This document shows positions 1 to 10,479 of a stretch of DNA of 64,000 nt, piece after piece. The notes below the pieces were generated by a model, which made no database searches, was not told where the DNA came from, and saw only the letters and a list, made by a program, of their open reading frames with translations. Origin of the DNA: a virus; IMG/VR virus record IMGVR_UViG_3300046096_000285, positions 1 to 64,000 of that record; one strand, 5' to 3'. Positions within the stretch are counted from its first letter, which is position 1. Every line of letters begins with the position of its first letter. The position numbers and the translations under genes are program-made.

Positions 1-97
1 CGCTACCTACTGTAAATACATCATTTACAGAGGGTGAATCCGGAAAATTGATTGCCATTGATATCCTAGGTAGAAGGGCTACTCTATTTTATCATGG

Positions 98-454
98 TTA
101 CTCGGTTGGTGTAGGTAGCTCCACTACGATCCATGATAGAGATTCTTCATCCCATGAGTAAATCTGACCATCAGTTGGCATAGCTTCTGGAGCTTCCCAT
201 AGTGCTGTCTCTGGGTTTAGGTCCCATGACTCAAATGGCTTTGGTGGTACGAATGCATCGATAGATGCGTCGTAGGTGTAGCCAATGCCTGCATAGTTCT
301 TACGAATGTTGCCATTGTAAGAAGTTTTAACCCAGGTTCCACCGAGGTTGTCAACTAGCCACTGGTAACCTTCGTCACCGTTTGGGTCATTGTTGTCTGT
401 AACAAGTACGCGTAGTACTACGTTGTTCTCATCAATTTCAGCGAAATGTGCCAT
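98..454 (-). CDS. hypothetical virion-associated protein
   Basis: 118-aa ORF with RBS, at the end of the co-oriented tail-accessory operon. Confidence 0.75.
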   Translation of the reverse strand: MAHFAEIDENNVVLRVLVTDNNDPNGDEGYQWLVDNLGGTWVKTSYNGNIRKNYAGIGYTYDASIDAFVPPKPFESWDLNPETALWEAPEAMPTDGQIYSWDEESLSWIVVELPTPTE

Positions 455-463
455 TTTTTCTCC

Positions 464-700
464 TTAAGGAACTAGTAGTGCTGCTTCTTCAGCAGTTAGT
501 TTTGCGCCAGTAGTAAGTTTAGTGATTGCAGATGCCTTTAGTGCGGCAATACGTGCAACTTCTGCTTCGCGTGCAGCCTGCTCTTCGGCAGCTGCTGCAA
601 TCTGAACTTCGCGTTCAGCGATCTCCTCTGGGGTGAGCGGAACGATAGTCTGCTCTCCAGTGTTGCCGTCCCATACGGCCTTGGTTAGAACTTCACTCAT
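464..700 (-). CDS. small hypothetical (tail-fibre assembly-like) protein
   Basis: 78-aa ORF in operon; acidic helical LTPEEIAERE segment. Confidence 0.65.
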   Translation of the reverse strand: MSEVLTKAVWDGNTGEQTIVPLTPEEIAEREVQIAAAAEEQAAREAEVARIAALKASAITKLTTGAKLTAEEAALLVP

Positions 701-709
701 AATATTTCC

Positions 710-2050
710 TTAGAATGTGATTGAACCTGATGCGGTCCAAGTATAGATCTTGTACCCATTAGTATAGTTTACCACAGGGTTTCCTGTTGTGGCTGTTGGA
801 TTTGCAAAGATGTCTGGGTAGCGGATAACTACTACACCAGAGCCACCAGCGCCACCGGCAGCCTGATTATTACCTCCACCGCCAGAACCAGTTGTCATAA
901 TTGCAGACCCTGCAGCGCCACCGCTATTAGTACCGGCACCACCACCGCCAGAGCCACCAGCAGCAGAAGTATTGCTGCCTCCACCGCCACCGCCGGCTCT
1001 AATAGTAGCAAAACCAGTTATTGTGCTGGATATTCCTGAGCCTCCAGCGCCGCCTACTCCAGCAGAAGTGCCAGTTCCGTAGCCGTTTGCGCCTACTGCG
1101 CCTGCCCCACCGCCACCGCCTCCAGCGCCGTATGAGGTATTGTCAGTTCCTCCAGCGCCACCAGCAAATCCTTGCGCTGATGTCCCAGTACCACCAGCAT
1201 CGGTGCGTCCAGAGGTTCCACCACCCGAGCCACCATTGCCACCAATCTTTACATAACCAGCACCCGAGCCACCGCCGATAGATGTAATGCTTGAAAATAC
1301 TGAGTTTGAACCAGCACCGCCATTTGCGTTGCTTGAACCGCCAGCGCCTCCTGCCCCAACTGTAACCGTGTATGCGGTTCCCGCAGATACTGAGAGTTGA
1401 GGCTCTGGCGATGAATTAGCCCCAGAAGTTCCAGCGTTAGTTCGATAACCACCAGCACCTCCTCCACCACCATGACCGGAACCGCCACCGGCACCACCAG
1501 CGACTACCAAATACTCAACAGTAGGAGTAGCGCCAGAACCAGAGGGAGCGAGCCTGTTAATACCGTAAAGAGAAGCTGTTGAATACTGCACGAAGTTGGC
1601 AGAACTTTGTAGCGTAAAAGAGAGGCTAGTGATAGCAGCAACGTTAGACCATAGTCCAGACACAAGCATGTCATATGCTGTAGTCCCGTTATTTTCTACA
1701 ATTGTCTGAATCTCGTAGTTTTTATATGCAGCACTTGCGTAGTTAGGGATATATACGCTAGACGTAGTGAACACGTTGGAGGTAGTACTAGTGCCGTTAA
1801 CATCTCCAAAATAGTTAGGCACGCCATCTGAGTTTGAACTGGCTGTAGCGCCATTGCCATAAAGTCGCCTATTGCTAAATCCAGTAGCATTGCCATTGAA
1901 TGTTACGTAACTAGAAATCCCATTGCCGGTGAGGTCTGTCCTAGCAGAGATTACTAAATATAAATCAGTATATACCTGAGGAATATTAGAAAAAATTATA
2001 GTAGAGGTACTAGCATTTAATGTCTGCGTAGAGATAAGTGTGTAACTCAT
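710..2050 (-). CDS. glycine-rich tail-accessory protein (repeat domain type C + Gly-rich domain)
   Basis: start reassigned to ATG at 2050 (MSYTLIS, overlaps upstream stop); VEYLVVAGGAGGG...GGSGVVVIRY Gly-rich domain; paralog of 3938-5230. Confidence 0.8.
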   Translation of the reverse strand: MSYTLISTQTLNASTSTIIFSNIPQVYTDLYLVISARTDLTGNGISSYVTFNGNATGFSNRRLYGNGATASSNSDGVPNYFGDVNGTSTTSNVFTTSSVYIPNYASAAYKNYEIQTIVENNGTTAYDMLVSGLWSNVAAITSLSFTLQSSANFVQYSTASLYGINRLAPSGSGATPTVEYLVVAGGAGGGSGHGGGGGAGGYRTNAGTSGANSSPEPQLSVSAGTAYTVTVGAGGAGGSSNANGGAGSNSVFSSITSIGGGSGAGYVKIGGNGGSGGGTSGRTDAGGTGTSAQGFAGGAGGTDNTSYGAGGGGGGAGAVGANGYGTGTSAGVGGAGGSGISSTITGFATIRAGGGGGGSNTSAAGGSGGGGAGTNSGGAAGSAIMTTGSGGGGNNQAAGGAGGSGVVVIRYPDIFANPTATTGNPVVNYTNGYKIYTWTASGSITF

Positions 2051-2550
2051 GCTAGAACTCCGTAAAGTGTGAAGGTAGAGCCAGCGGTGAATGATGCCCC
2101 ACCTGTATACGTCGTCATAGATATTGAAGTGACGGGAGCCAACGACGTCCATTTTCCAACTTCAAGCACTTGAACTGAGTTTGGCTGAGTACTTACTACA
2201 ATAAGTGTTTTTTGCTTATCCGAAGCCGAATATTCCATGATGTTAATCCTCTGAGTGTTCCACACATTGCTCGCTCCGGTGGCTCCGACTGAAGTAATTG
2301 GAATTAGGTTAGCGGAATTGCCTCCGAAAGCAGAAGAGTTATTGCCCACTAAGTCCACTCTAGAGTAGTTAGATCCTGAATCGCCGTTGAAATACATATA
2401 ACCGTAGTCCTCTGTGTTTGAAGCAGTACTTCTGCTTGAGACGACTAATACTAGGTCAGCATACGTTTGTGGGACATTGCTGAATAGTACGGTAGGCGAG
2501 TCGACCGTCAGGGTGATTTTCCCTATTAAAGCTTGCGCATCGGACATCAT
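2047..2550 (-). CDS. tail-accessory repeat-domain protein (type B)
   Basis: FSNVPQTYADLVLV...STFTLYGVLA; paralog of 5227-5721. Confidence 0.8.
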   Translation of the reverse strand: MMSDAQALIGKITLTVDSPTVLFSNVPQTYADLVLVVSSRSTASNTEDYGYMYFNGDSGSNYSRVDLVGNNSSAFGGNSANLIPITSVGATGASNVWNTQRINIMEYSASDKQKTLIVVSTQPNSVQVLEVGKWTSLAPVTSISMTTYTGGASFTAGSTFTLYGVLA

Positions 2551-3923
2551 TAACCTCTAATCCCATATAGAGAGATACGTGAACCAGCAGCAAGTTGGCT
2601 GGTAACACCTGCATAACACTTTACAGTGAGACTAGTGACCGCGGCTGTCGATACCCAAACGCCGGACCCTAAAGTAACTTGTTTTTTATACGAGTCCGTA
2701 GCACCGCTGATAGATCTAACTGTTTTATACTTTGAGGTATTCGCAAAGTCGTAGATGTCCGCAATGATGACGCCATAATTTCCTGAAGAATAATTTACGT
2801 CTGGAGTATTGATAGAGATATTCACGCCAGGGAAGTTTGTTGATTGAAACTTACCCGAGCTAGCGCTGGTTCCGTCACTAGTAAGCCAGTGTGAGTTGTA
2901 GTTGGTATACGTAGTGTCTGCGTTGAAACTTATAGCTACGTTATCGCCTCCAGCGTTTCCAGTATTACGTGGAGTAATACGAAGCTGTAAATGCTTATAT
3001 TGGCTAGCCGGGAGTCCTGCAAAAGTAACTGAAGTCTGCGCCGAGGTAAGTCTAACTGTTCCAATAAGTTCGAAGATGTCAGTGCTAGCTGTGATTGCTT
3101 CCTTAGCATATCGTACAACAACAATACCGGAGCCGCCGTTGCCACCACCGCCTCCCCAAGCGCCTACGGTGTTGTTACCGCCACCACCATTACCGCCGTT
3201 ACCAGACCAAGCCGCTGCTGATGCTCCAGCTTCTTGTCCGCTAGCGCTTCCGCCATCGCCGCCCGTGGCATAGGTGCTTGAAGTTCCAGAAATGGTACTG
3301 GTTGCTCCTGCACCCCCGCTCTGCCCGCTTGCTGCAGCAGTTTTACCACCGCCACCAGCGCCAACGCGGCTGGAAGTTCCCGCAGACTGAAAACCTGCAT
3401 TACCTTCGCCGGAAATACCTGTACCAGCTAGAGCGCTGTAACCACCGTTACCACCACCAGAACCACCATTACCACCAGCAGAGCCGGCACCATTAGCACC
3501 TCCACCTCCACCAGTAGTTGAAAAACTTGAAATGCTTGAAGATCCACCTGAAGGAGATGCGCCATCTGCTGACCCTGTTGCAGCAGGGTTGCCTGGACCA
3601 CCGGCTCCAACTAGAACTGACAAAGAGCCGGTCAGTGTAGTTGCCACTACTTTCATACCACCAGCTCCACCACCACCACCACCGCGAGCTGAACCAAAGC
3701 CAGGGCCACCGCCACCGCCTCCAGATATTAATAATATGTCTGCAGTCAATGAACCGCCAGAAACTGATAGCGTTCCGCTAGTTAGAAAAGTTCTGTAATA
3801 GTAAGTCGAGTCCTCGGATAGGTTTCCACCAGAAACTACGGGTGCGATTGTAGTACCAGTAGATATATTTCGATATCTGATTGGAGCAGCTATGTTGCTC
3901 TTGCTCATTCTATTTACGGTCAT
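2550..3923 (-). CDS. glycine-rich tail-accessory protein (Gly-rich domain + repeat domain type A)
   Basis: Gly-rich domain then YKHLQLR...SRISLYGIRG; C-terminal part paralogous to 5721-6314. Confidence 0.8.
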   Translation of the reverse strand: MTVNRMSKSNIAAPIRYRNISTGTTIAPVVSGGNLSEDSTYYYRTFLTSGTLSVSGGSLTADILLISGGGGGGPGFGSARGGGGGGAGGMKVVATTLTGSLSVLVGAGGPGNPAATGSADGASPSGGSSSISSFSTTGGGGGANGAGSAGGNGGSGGGNGGYSALAGTGISGEGNAGFQSAGTSSRVGAGGGGKTAAASGQSGGAGATSTISGTSSTYATGGDGGSASGQEAGASAAAWSGNGGNGGGGNNTVGAWGGGGGNGGSGIVVVRYAKEAITASTDIFELIGTVRLTSAQTSVTFAGLPASQYKHLQLRITPRNTGNAGGDNVAISFNADTTYTNYNSHWLTSDGTSASSGKFQSTNFPGVNISINTPDVNYSSGNYGVIIADIYDFANTSKYKTVRSISGATDSYKKQVTLGSGVWVSTAAVTSLTVKCYAGVTSQLAAGSRISLYGIRG

Positions 3924-3937
3924 AGGTCTATTTTACC

Positions 3938-5230
3938 TTACGCGTAACGGATTATGACGACCCCGGAACCACCAGCAGCACCAGAATACCCGCCACCACC
4001 ACCAGACCCAGTGTTTGCACTTGCAGCTGTTCCAGCTACCTGTGGGGAATACTTGCCACCAGACCCACCGCCAGCAGTGCCAGATCCGCCAGTGCCGGTA
4101 TTGTAGACACTACCACCACCACCACCAGCGTAGTAGTTATTAGATCCAGTACTAGTTGCCGAAGCCCATGATGTGTGTGTGGTCAGTCCGGCTCCACCGT
4201 CTCCACCGACCGAGGTCGTGCCGTTAACGCCGACAGCGCCAGCACCGCCACCGCCACCGCCGCCATATGCTCCACCGGTTTCGTTCGCTGCACCACCGGC
4301 ATAGCCTTGCCCCGCTGTTCCAGCGCCAAAAAGGTCTCCAGAACCAGAGCCACCGCCAGAACCACCAGAGGTACCAGCGATATTATTATTACCACCACCA
4401 CCACCACCGCCAACTGCGATGAATGAGTTAAGAGATGAGTTGCCACCAGTCCCGCCAGCGGCACCGCCAGAAGCATAGTTTGCGCCTGCGCCGCCTGCGC
4501 CTACAACTACAGAATATGCTGCTGAAGCTGTCAAGGTTTGAGTGTTTGCAATAAAACCACCAGCTCCACCGCCACCAGCAATTTCAGAACCGCCACCGCC
4601 ACCGCCAGCAATAATAAGGGTTTCGGCCGAAAGCGTAGTTGACGGTGTAAAGGTTCCTGAAGACTTGAAAACATGATAAGTGTATGCACCAGTCTGGTAT
4701 ATATCTCCCCCAGTTGCCTTAGCAGCCTTGCCGCCAAATGGCACTTTTGAGATGCCGTAAAGAGTTGCGGTTGAATACTGCACGAAGTTGGCGTTTAAAC
4801 TTAATGAGGTAATGGCTGATGTATTTGACCACAGCCCAGCGCCAATTAAGCCTAAGAATGCTGTGCCATTGTTTTCAGCAGTAACGTCCCAGGAAAGGAC
4901 TTTACTATTACTGCCTGCGTAGGCTGTAATGTCAAGTTGCATATTACCGAACTTGCTGGCGGTTGAGCCATTTCCATTAGTCCATAGCTCAATTGCAGAA
5001 TAACTTGTAGATACCGGGGTTGAGCCAGTTGTATACAAATACCTTTCAGTTTGGTTTGTAGATGCGCCATTAATCGAAAGAAGAACTGTTTGGTAAGCTC
5101 CAGCACCATCGCTAGTTCTGCCGCTAAGAACAAGCTTAAGGTCAGTATAGATTTGAGGAATCGAGTTAAACTGAATTGATGACGCACCACCAGCACCTAC
5201 AGTAACTTCTGCAATCTTTGTCATGCTCAT
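3938..5230 (-). CDS. glycine-rich tail-accessory protein (type C + Gly-rich domain)
   Basis: FNSIPQIYTDLKLV...STATLYGI then Gly-rich domain. Confidence 0.8.
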   Translation of the reverse strand: MSMTKIAEVTVGAGGASSIQFNSIPQIYTDLKLVLSGRTSDGAGAYQTVLLSINGASTNQTERYLYTTGSTPVSTSYSAIELWTNGNGSTASKFGNMQLDITAYAGSNSKVLSWDVTAENNGTAFLGLIGAGLWSNTSAITSLSLNANFVQYSTATLYGISKVPFGGKAAKATGGDIYQTGAYTYHVFKSSGTFTPSTTLSAETLIIAGGGGGGSEIAGGGGAGGFIANTQTLTASAAYSVVVGAGGAGANYASGGAAGGTGGNSSLNSFIAVGGGGGGGNNNIAGTSGGSGGGSGSGDLFGAGTAGQGYAGGAANETGGAYGGGGGGGAGAVGVNGTTSVGGDGGAGLTTHTSWASATSTGSNNYYAGGGGGSVYNTGTGGSGTAGGGSGGKYSPQVAGTAASANTGSGGGGGYSGAAGGSGVVIIRYA

Positions 5231-5721
5231 GCTAGAACTCCATAAAGTGTAAATGTTGAGCCTGGTAAGTAGTCTCCGCTAGTTCCCGAAATGTAAAATT
5301 GCAAACTAGTGATTGCTGCCGTCGAAGCCCACCTAGACGCATAGGCGCTTACTGGATTGTAGCTGCTGCCTGCTCTAACCAGAAAAGTTTTATGCTTGTC
5401 TGTTTGTGTGTAGTCAAATATCTGCATAGTAGAAGTAATTATCGTGCTTGTGGAAGTGCCAGGCGCTGCATAATATAGAGAGTTTGTAGTGGCAGTTCCA
5501 GACACAGCGGAGCTGCCACTACCGTCCATGTATACAAGCGATATGTTGCCAGAGTCGCCATTTGGGTACAGGTGAGACTGCTTATCATTCGTGCTGTTAT
5601 GCATGACACTGATTACAAGAACGAGGTCCCTATAATTTTGTGGGATATTGGCAAAGGTCACGCCGGAGGCATTTGCACTTAGAGTAATATTTGCAATTGC
5701 TTGCATTGCTGGAGCGGCCAT
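5227..5721 (-). CDS. tail-accessory repeat-domain protein (type B)
   Basis: FANIPQNYRDLVLV...STFTLYGVLA. Confidence 0.8.
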   Translation of the reverse strand: MAAPAMQAIANITLSANASGVTFANIPQNYRDLVLVISVMHNSTNDKQSHLYPNGDSGNISLVYMDGSGSSAVSGTATTNSLYYAAPGTSTSTIITSTMQIFDYTQTDKHKTFLVRAGSSYNPVSAYASRWASTAAITSLQFYISGTSGDYLPGSTFTLYGVLA

Positions 5722-6314
5722 TATTTAGCACCATATAGAGAGAAACGTGTACCAGAGGCTAAAGACGATCCGCCATACCCAGATAGAGTTATTGATGAGA
5801 TTGCAGCAGTTGACGACCAGGAGCCAGAGCGCAAAACGATATAATTTGCGGACTGAGCCATGCCAGTTAAGCTTTTAACGGTTTTATTCTTTACAGTTGA
5901 AAATGAGTCAAGAATGTCGATAATTGCAGCTCCAAAAGCGTAAGCAGCTCCTGTAGAACCTGGTGCTTCGCCGATAGTCATCGATGTCTGTGCACTAGTA
6001 TTTCCAGAAGCTAAAGCAGAGCTCCCGTTGCCATATAGCAAATGAGTCCAATAAGTTGCTCCCGTGTCATTATTAAAATTGATAGAAATATTTGAATCTG
6101 CTACAGCCTGAGTAGTTCTAGCAATTGCACGGATTTGAAGATGCTTATACTGACTGTACTCCTGCAAATTAGCAAATGTGACTGAGGTTTGTGGCGAGGC
6201 AATAACCTGTGAAGTAATCAGCTCGAAGTCGCTAACTTGACCGTTACCGGCAGCAGCATTAGAGTATTTAATCCAGTTGTTGATACTGGAGTTTGCAAGA
6301 GAGTAGATGCCCAT
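5721..6314 (-). CDS. tail-accessory repeat-domain protein (type A)
   Basis: YKHLQIR...TRFSLYGAK. Confidence 0.8.
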   Translation of the reverse strand: MGIYSLANSSINNWIKYSNAAAGNGQVSDFELITSQVIASPQTSVTFANLQEYSQYKHLQIRAIARTTQAVADSNISINFNNDTGATYWTHLLYGNGSSALASGNTSAQTSMTIGEAPGSTGAAYAFGAAIIDILDSFSTVKNKTVKSLTGMAQSANYIVLRSGSWSSTAAISSITLSGYGGSSLASGTRFSLYGAK

Positions 6315-6325
6315 GGCTACTCCTA

Positions 6326-6658
6326 CTAAGCGATTTCAGAACCGAAGATGTTGATGCTAAAGTTCGAGCTTGAAGTGTAGACGGTCACGATATCAGTTGC
6401 TGCAAGTGTAATACCCAGAGTCAGAGTGGTCGAGTCAGAAGCTGCAACTGGAACATCATACGCAAGGTACTGAGCATTAGTCAAGGTAGCACCTGCTACG
6501 CGCACGGCAAGACGAAAAGACCCCACTCCTGTGGCACGATTAGCAATCACGATGGTGGAAATGACTGCGGATTTTCCAGCACCGACAGTGTAGATGTCAG
6601 TAGCTGTAGTCGCTCCAGGAGCAGACTGTGCTAGAACTTTATATGTTGCGGTCGCCAT
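6326..6658 (-). CDS. hypothetical structural protein
   Basis: 110-aa beta-rich ORF in operon. Confidence 0.7.
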   Translation of the reverse strand: MATATYKVLAQSAPGATTATDIYTVGAGKSAVISTIVIANRATGVGSFRLAVRVAGATLTNAQYLAYDVPVAASDSTTLTLGITLAATDIVTVYTSSSNFSINIFGSEIA

Positions 6659-6661
6659 GCT

Positions 6662-7066
6662 TTATGCACCCATCAGTAGGAATGAACTAATTACTTCGCC
6701 ACCACTTGCAGCGGCACCATTTACCCAATTTGTACCGTCGTAGGTTAGGGTCTGACCTGTAGCTGCAGATGTGATGACTACGTCTGTCAAAGAGTCTAGG
6801 TTAGTAGTGGCTACGCCGTTTACCCAGGCAGTTCCGTTGTACTTGATAACATCGCCAGTAGTTGCGCTAGTTACCGTAACGTCAGTTAGGTCATCAATTG
6901 TTTGACCTGGTTTGAAATATGCAAGTGAAGTCCACGTAGTTACACCATTTCCAAGCTTTAGCTTGTTGGTATCGCTCTCGACTACTAGCTCTCCAGACGC
7001 AATCACTGGGTTAGCAGCAGTCCACTCAGCCGCGGTTCCGCGTCTTAGTTGAATTTGTACTGCCAT
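6662..7066 (-). CDS. tail fibre protein with Mtd/hyaluronidase-like N-terminal domain
   Basis: IQLRRGTAAEWTAANPVIASGE...KLKLGNGVTTWTSLAY motif plus two LDxLTDV...YNGTxWVN repeats. Confidence 0.75.
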   Translation of the reverse strand: MAVQIQLRRGTAAEWTAANPVIASGELVVESDTNKLKLGNGVTTWTSLAYFKPGQTIDDLTDVTVTSATTGDVIKYNGTAWVNGVATTNLDSLTDVVITSAATGQTLTYDGTNWVNGAAASGGEVISSFLLMGA

Positions 7067-7683
7067 TAGAAGCTACCTACATTTCCGCCGTCAAGTGGTG
7101 AGATACCGCCATAAATACTTGATGGGGTTCCTCCATCTATGTTACCATACGGTGCACCTGCCAAACCAGTAGGCCCTGTTATAGAGGCCCCTGCTGCACC
7201 AGTTGCACCTTGTACCCCCGTTGCGCCTGTTAGACCTGCCGTACCGGCTGGACCTGTAGGACCTGTTGCACCATTTACGCCAATAGTTCCATTAGTTCCA
7301 GCTGGGCCAGTTGGTCCAGTAACACCTTGAATACCCTGAGTGCCTGTTGGACCTGTAACAGATGGTCCAGTTGGGCCAACACCACCCTGAGGCCCTGTTG
7401 GGCCTGCATCGTTTTTTACTGGCTCGATCCAATATGAATCGTAATAGATGTAGGTTGCACCCTCGGTTGAGTTAAACCAAACATCGCCAGCGGTTGGGTT
7501 TGTAGGAGGTGTATCTGAGATTGTGTATGAGCCACCGCCACCTTGTAGGGGTTCCCAGACTGTACCGTTATAGACGTATACAGTTGACTCGTCTGTTCTA
7601 AAAAAGAGATCGCCAGTTCGACCTACCGACGGGTTAGTTACTCCGGTCGGTAGGCCTACTGGTGTTAAAAACTTTTTTGACAA
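7066..7683 (-). CDS. collagen-like tail fibre protein
   Basis: Gly-X-Y (GPT/GAT) repeat tract. Confidence 0.8.
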   Translation of the reverse strand: MSKKFLTPVGLPTGVTNPSVGRTGDLFFRTDESTVYVYNGTVWEPLQGGGGSYTISDTPPTNPTAGDVWFNSTEGATYIYYDSYWIEPVKNDAGPTGPQGGVGPTGPSVTGPTGTQGIQGVTGPTGPAGTNGTIGVNGATGPTGPAGTAGLTGATGVQGATGAAGASITGPTGLAGAPYGNIDGGTPSSIYGGISPLDGGNVGSF

Positions 7684-7713
7684 AGTAGTCCTCAGTTAGG
7701 TATTACTTCTATA

Positions 7714-9732
7714 TTAGCCAATGATTACAACTTGGTAGCTGTTTGCAGCTACTGTTGTTGCTGCGACCCAGGAGAGGGTTACAGTGCTAGTGTTGGTACG
7801 CTCGATGTCAACCTCGACCTCTTCAAATCCAGCTAGGTCATAAACTTGAACTAGAACGGTACGAATACCTAGGTTGTGAGATACGGTCCAAGTGACAACA
7901 TCGCTTGAAGGAACTAGCTCGGCGTTTGTCTCGGTGAACTTAGTAGTTGCACCAAGGTTTGCGCGAGCGCCAGCAGCAGTTGAAGCACCGGTACCACCAT
8001 CTGCTACAGCAATGTCAGTGCCATTCCAAACACCAGTAGTGACTGTTCCAAGGGTGGTAATCGAAGTCTGACCAACATAGTTTTCGCTAATGTCAACACT
8101 GTCAGCATTTACGTGAATTCGGTCAGTGGTGCCGATTACGTCAAGCTGATTTCCAGTTTTGGTAATGCCAGCGCCTGCAACAATCTGGGCTGCACCAGAG
8201 AACTGAACCCAGTCCTGGTCAGCAAAGCTGGTTAGGTAAGTATTGCCCTGAGTCCAAGCTGACTGCCCGTAGGTAGTTCCTTCTTGGACGAATACAGTTG
8301 CACCCTTTAGTTCGGTGTATACGTCTGAATCTGTAGGACGTGTAAGGGTATATGCGGTTCCGTTGTCCGCGTAAACATAGATACCGTTTTCGGTGTCTGT
8401 TGTCTGAGCGGTCAGCAAGATGCGGTAGCCAACATGCGTAGAGTCTAGAGATGCGTGACTATCGATTACTAAAGTGTCAGTATCGCCAGTCAAAGCAACG
8501 TTAGAAGTTGCAAGCAAGTGTACTGCTGGCTTCCAAGTTAGACCTGCAACAGCATTATCAACGTATGCCTTGTTAGCTGCATCACTTGGGTCAGTCGGAG
8601 TTCCGAGGTTAGTGACCTTGTATCCGTCAGCGTCGAGGTCAGCACCAAGTGAGCTGGTAGCTCCAAGGACCTTGTTGGTTAGAGTCTGAACCTCGGTGGT
8701 ACCAACGATCTCGCCCACACCGTGAGTAGAGGTGTCCGAGGCGTGGTCCGAAAGAATGCCGTCAGCATAGCCCTTAGTTGCAGCGTCTGAGTCAACCGCT
8801 GGAAGGCCTAGGTCTGTAATGGTGTTGCCATTAGCATCTACATCAGCACTAAGAACTGTGCCAGTGCCTAGAGTCTTGTTGGTTAGAGTCTGAGCGTCAG
8901 TGTCTCCAACAACGTTTCCAGTAACGCCATGAGCAGAGGTGTCACTAATGTGAGTTGACAGGTCTCCTGCAACAGTAGATACGTCGCTAGCTACAGAGGC
9001 AATTCGGTCAGTAATGGTATTACCAGTCGAACCGTTTACAGTGTTGTCACCAATATAGGAGTCAAGTCTGCCCTGAGTGATAATCTCGTTGCTGGTGGTG
9101 ACCGAGCCCTTGTACACATTTCCATCAGCATTTAAAACAATGTCGCCATTGGCTGAAGTAATGTTTACGTCTTGATTGGCAGAGATATTGATGTCATTGC
9201 CGGCTGTAGACGTAATGTTAAGGGCAGAGTCCTCGAAAATGTTACCGGCAGTCTGAACTACAATCTCATTCGCTGTGATCTGTCCAGCTGCAAAGTTTCC
9301 GCTACTGTCGCGCTTTACAACCGTGTCTGGAGTGTTAGTAGAGGTAGCAGAGCCACCAACAGCAGCAATTGCACGCTCATTGGTAAAGTACATAGTGCCC
9401 GAGCTAGTCGTGGCATTAGGGTCTTCGGCTAGATCTGCAGTAGTTGAGTCAGCAACGCCGTTCTCAGCAACGAAGCTGTAGGTTCCAGTGTTGGTGTCAA
9501 ATGAAACAGTGATGTTTGTTTGAGTGCCGGTGGTTAGCGCAGTCTGTAGCTCGGCTGCAGTGGTATACGTGATCCACGCGGAACCATCGTACTGGCGTAG
9601 GTGGCCCAGTGCGGTGTCAAAGTAGATCTGACCAGTTCTTGGACTAGCCGGAGCATTGGCTAGGTTCTGGATGCGTGCATTTAGAAGCTCATTCTTATTA
9701 AGATTGAGCGACGTTAAGTAATTACGTGCCAT
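7714..9732 (-). CDS. long tail fibre / minor tail protein
   Basis: 672 aa, Thr/Ser/Asp rich; internal repeats QTLTNK, DAATKGYAD/DAANKAYVD typical of phage fibres. Confidence 0.75.
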   Translation of the reverse strand: MARNYLTSLNLNKNELLNARIQNLANAPASPRTGQIYFDTALGHLRQYDGSAWITYTTAAELQTALTTGTQTNITVSFDTNTGTYSFVAENGVADSTTADLAEDPNATTSSGTMYFTNERAIAAVGGSATSTNTPDTVVKRDSSGNFAAGQITANEIVVQTAGNIFEDSALNITSTAGNDINISANQDVNITSANGDIVLNADGNVYKGSVTTSNEIITQGRLDSYIGDNTVNGSTGNTITDRIASVASDVSTVAGDLSTHISDTSAHGVTGNVVGDTDAQTLTNKTLGTGTVLSADVDANGNTITDLGLPAVDSDAATKGYADGILSDHASDTSTHGVGEIVGTTEVQTLTNKVLGATSSLGADLDADGYKVTNLGTPTDPSDAANKAYVDNAVAGLTWKPAVHLLATSNVALTGDTDTLVIDSHASLDSTHVGYRILLTAQTTDTENGIYVYADNGTAYTLTRPTDSDVYTELKGATVFVQEGTTYGQSAWTQGNTYLTSFADQDWVQFSGAAQIVAGAGITKTGNQLDVIGTTDRIHVNADSVDISENYVGQTSITTLGTVTTGVWNGTDIAVADGGTGASTAAGARANLGATTKFTETNAELVPSSDVVTWTVSHNLGIRTVLVQVYDLAGFEEVEVDIERTNTSTVTLSWVAATTVAANSYQVVIIG

Positions 9733-9742
9733 TTAGGGTTCC

Positions 9743-10051
9743 TTATGAGAGATGAGCTTTTCCAGAAATTGGAGCTGAAAAAGTTATTGTTAGGGATTTA
9801 TTGTTGATGTGGTTTACATCCCCTTCGCACTGCGTTTCGCCACTGTCATAAACAGTAACTGCAGGGAAGAAGTCTAGGTTGTGTACAACTGTCCAGGTCT
9901 GAAGTGCAGATATTTGGCGGTGAACGTAGGCAACCAGAGTAGGAATACTTTCGGCACCAAGACCCGCGGGGCCTTGAGGGCCAGGAGCTGAGACTGTTAC
10001 AGTCTGCGCATACTTTCCAGTTACAACTTTGTTAGGTGCATCACTAGCCAT
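9743..10051 (-). CDS. small structural protein
   Basis: WTVVHNL...VTVYD motif like the C-terminus of 7714-9732. Confidence 0.65.
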   Translation of the reverse strand: MASDAPNKVVTGKYAQTVTVSAPGPQGPAGLGAESIPTLVAYVHRQISALQTWTVVHNLDFFPAVTVYDSGETQCEGDVNHINNKSLTITFSAPISGKAHLS

Positions 10052-10410
10052 TATCTAGTCACCTGTGCTTTCACGGCAAAGTTTCCCTGTACCAATCGGT
10101 ATACATACTCACTGGAGCTAATAAGTTCTAGGTCATATACATATTTATCTGCTGGAATGACGGCAGTCTCTTGGCTAGTAGCCTTGATAGTTATGCTGCC
10201 ATCTGTTGCGCCAAGCTCAATATGCCCATTATCAGTGGTGAACTCAGCAACTACAGTCTCGCTAGATACTGAAGTTCGGATCTGGAGACGAGCCGAGTAG
10301 CCACCCAATTTAATTGGTTTGTTAGCCGGATCTTTCCAAAGAATGATTCGCTCTAAAGCTGAACCCTGAGTAGCTACGATATTATATAGACCTGCTATAT
10401 AATGGGTCAT
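10051..10410 (-). CDS. baseplate-upper-like (BppU-type) small structural protein
   Basis: L.GYSARLQIR...YVYDLEL...RLVQG pattern. Confidence 0.6.
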   Translation of the reverse strand: MTHYIAGLYNIVATQGSALERIILWKDPANKPIKLGGYSARLQIRTSVSSETVVAEFTTDNGHIELGATDGSITIKATSQETAVIPADKYVYDLELISSSEYVYRLVQGNFAVKAQVTR

Positions 10411-10479
10411 AAGCGCCTCGTTCTAGGGAAGATGTAGTCCCTTTTATTTTACAACATTTAGAGTTTGGTAAGATTGACT

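Noticed and set aside
1021-9481. Plus-strand and alternate-frame ORFs over Gly-rich/collagen genes (also 29384-30229)
   Set aside because: Shadow frames of low-complexity coding sequence, no RBS or family motifs.
710-9732. Diversity-generating retroelement acting on tail genes
   Set aside because: An Mtd-like N-terminal domain is present, but no reverse transcriptase and no TR/VR pair differing at adenines was seen.
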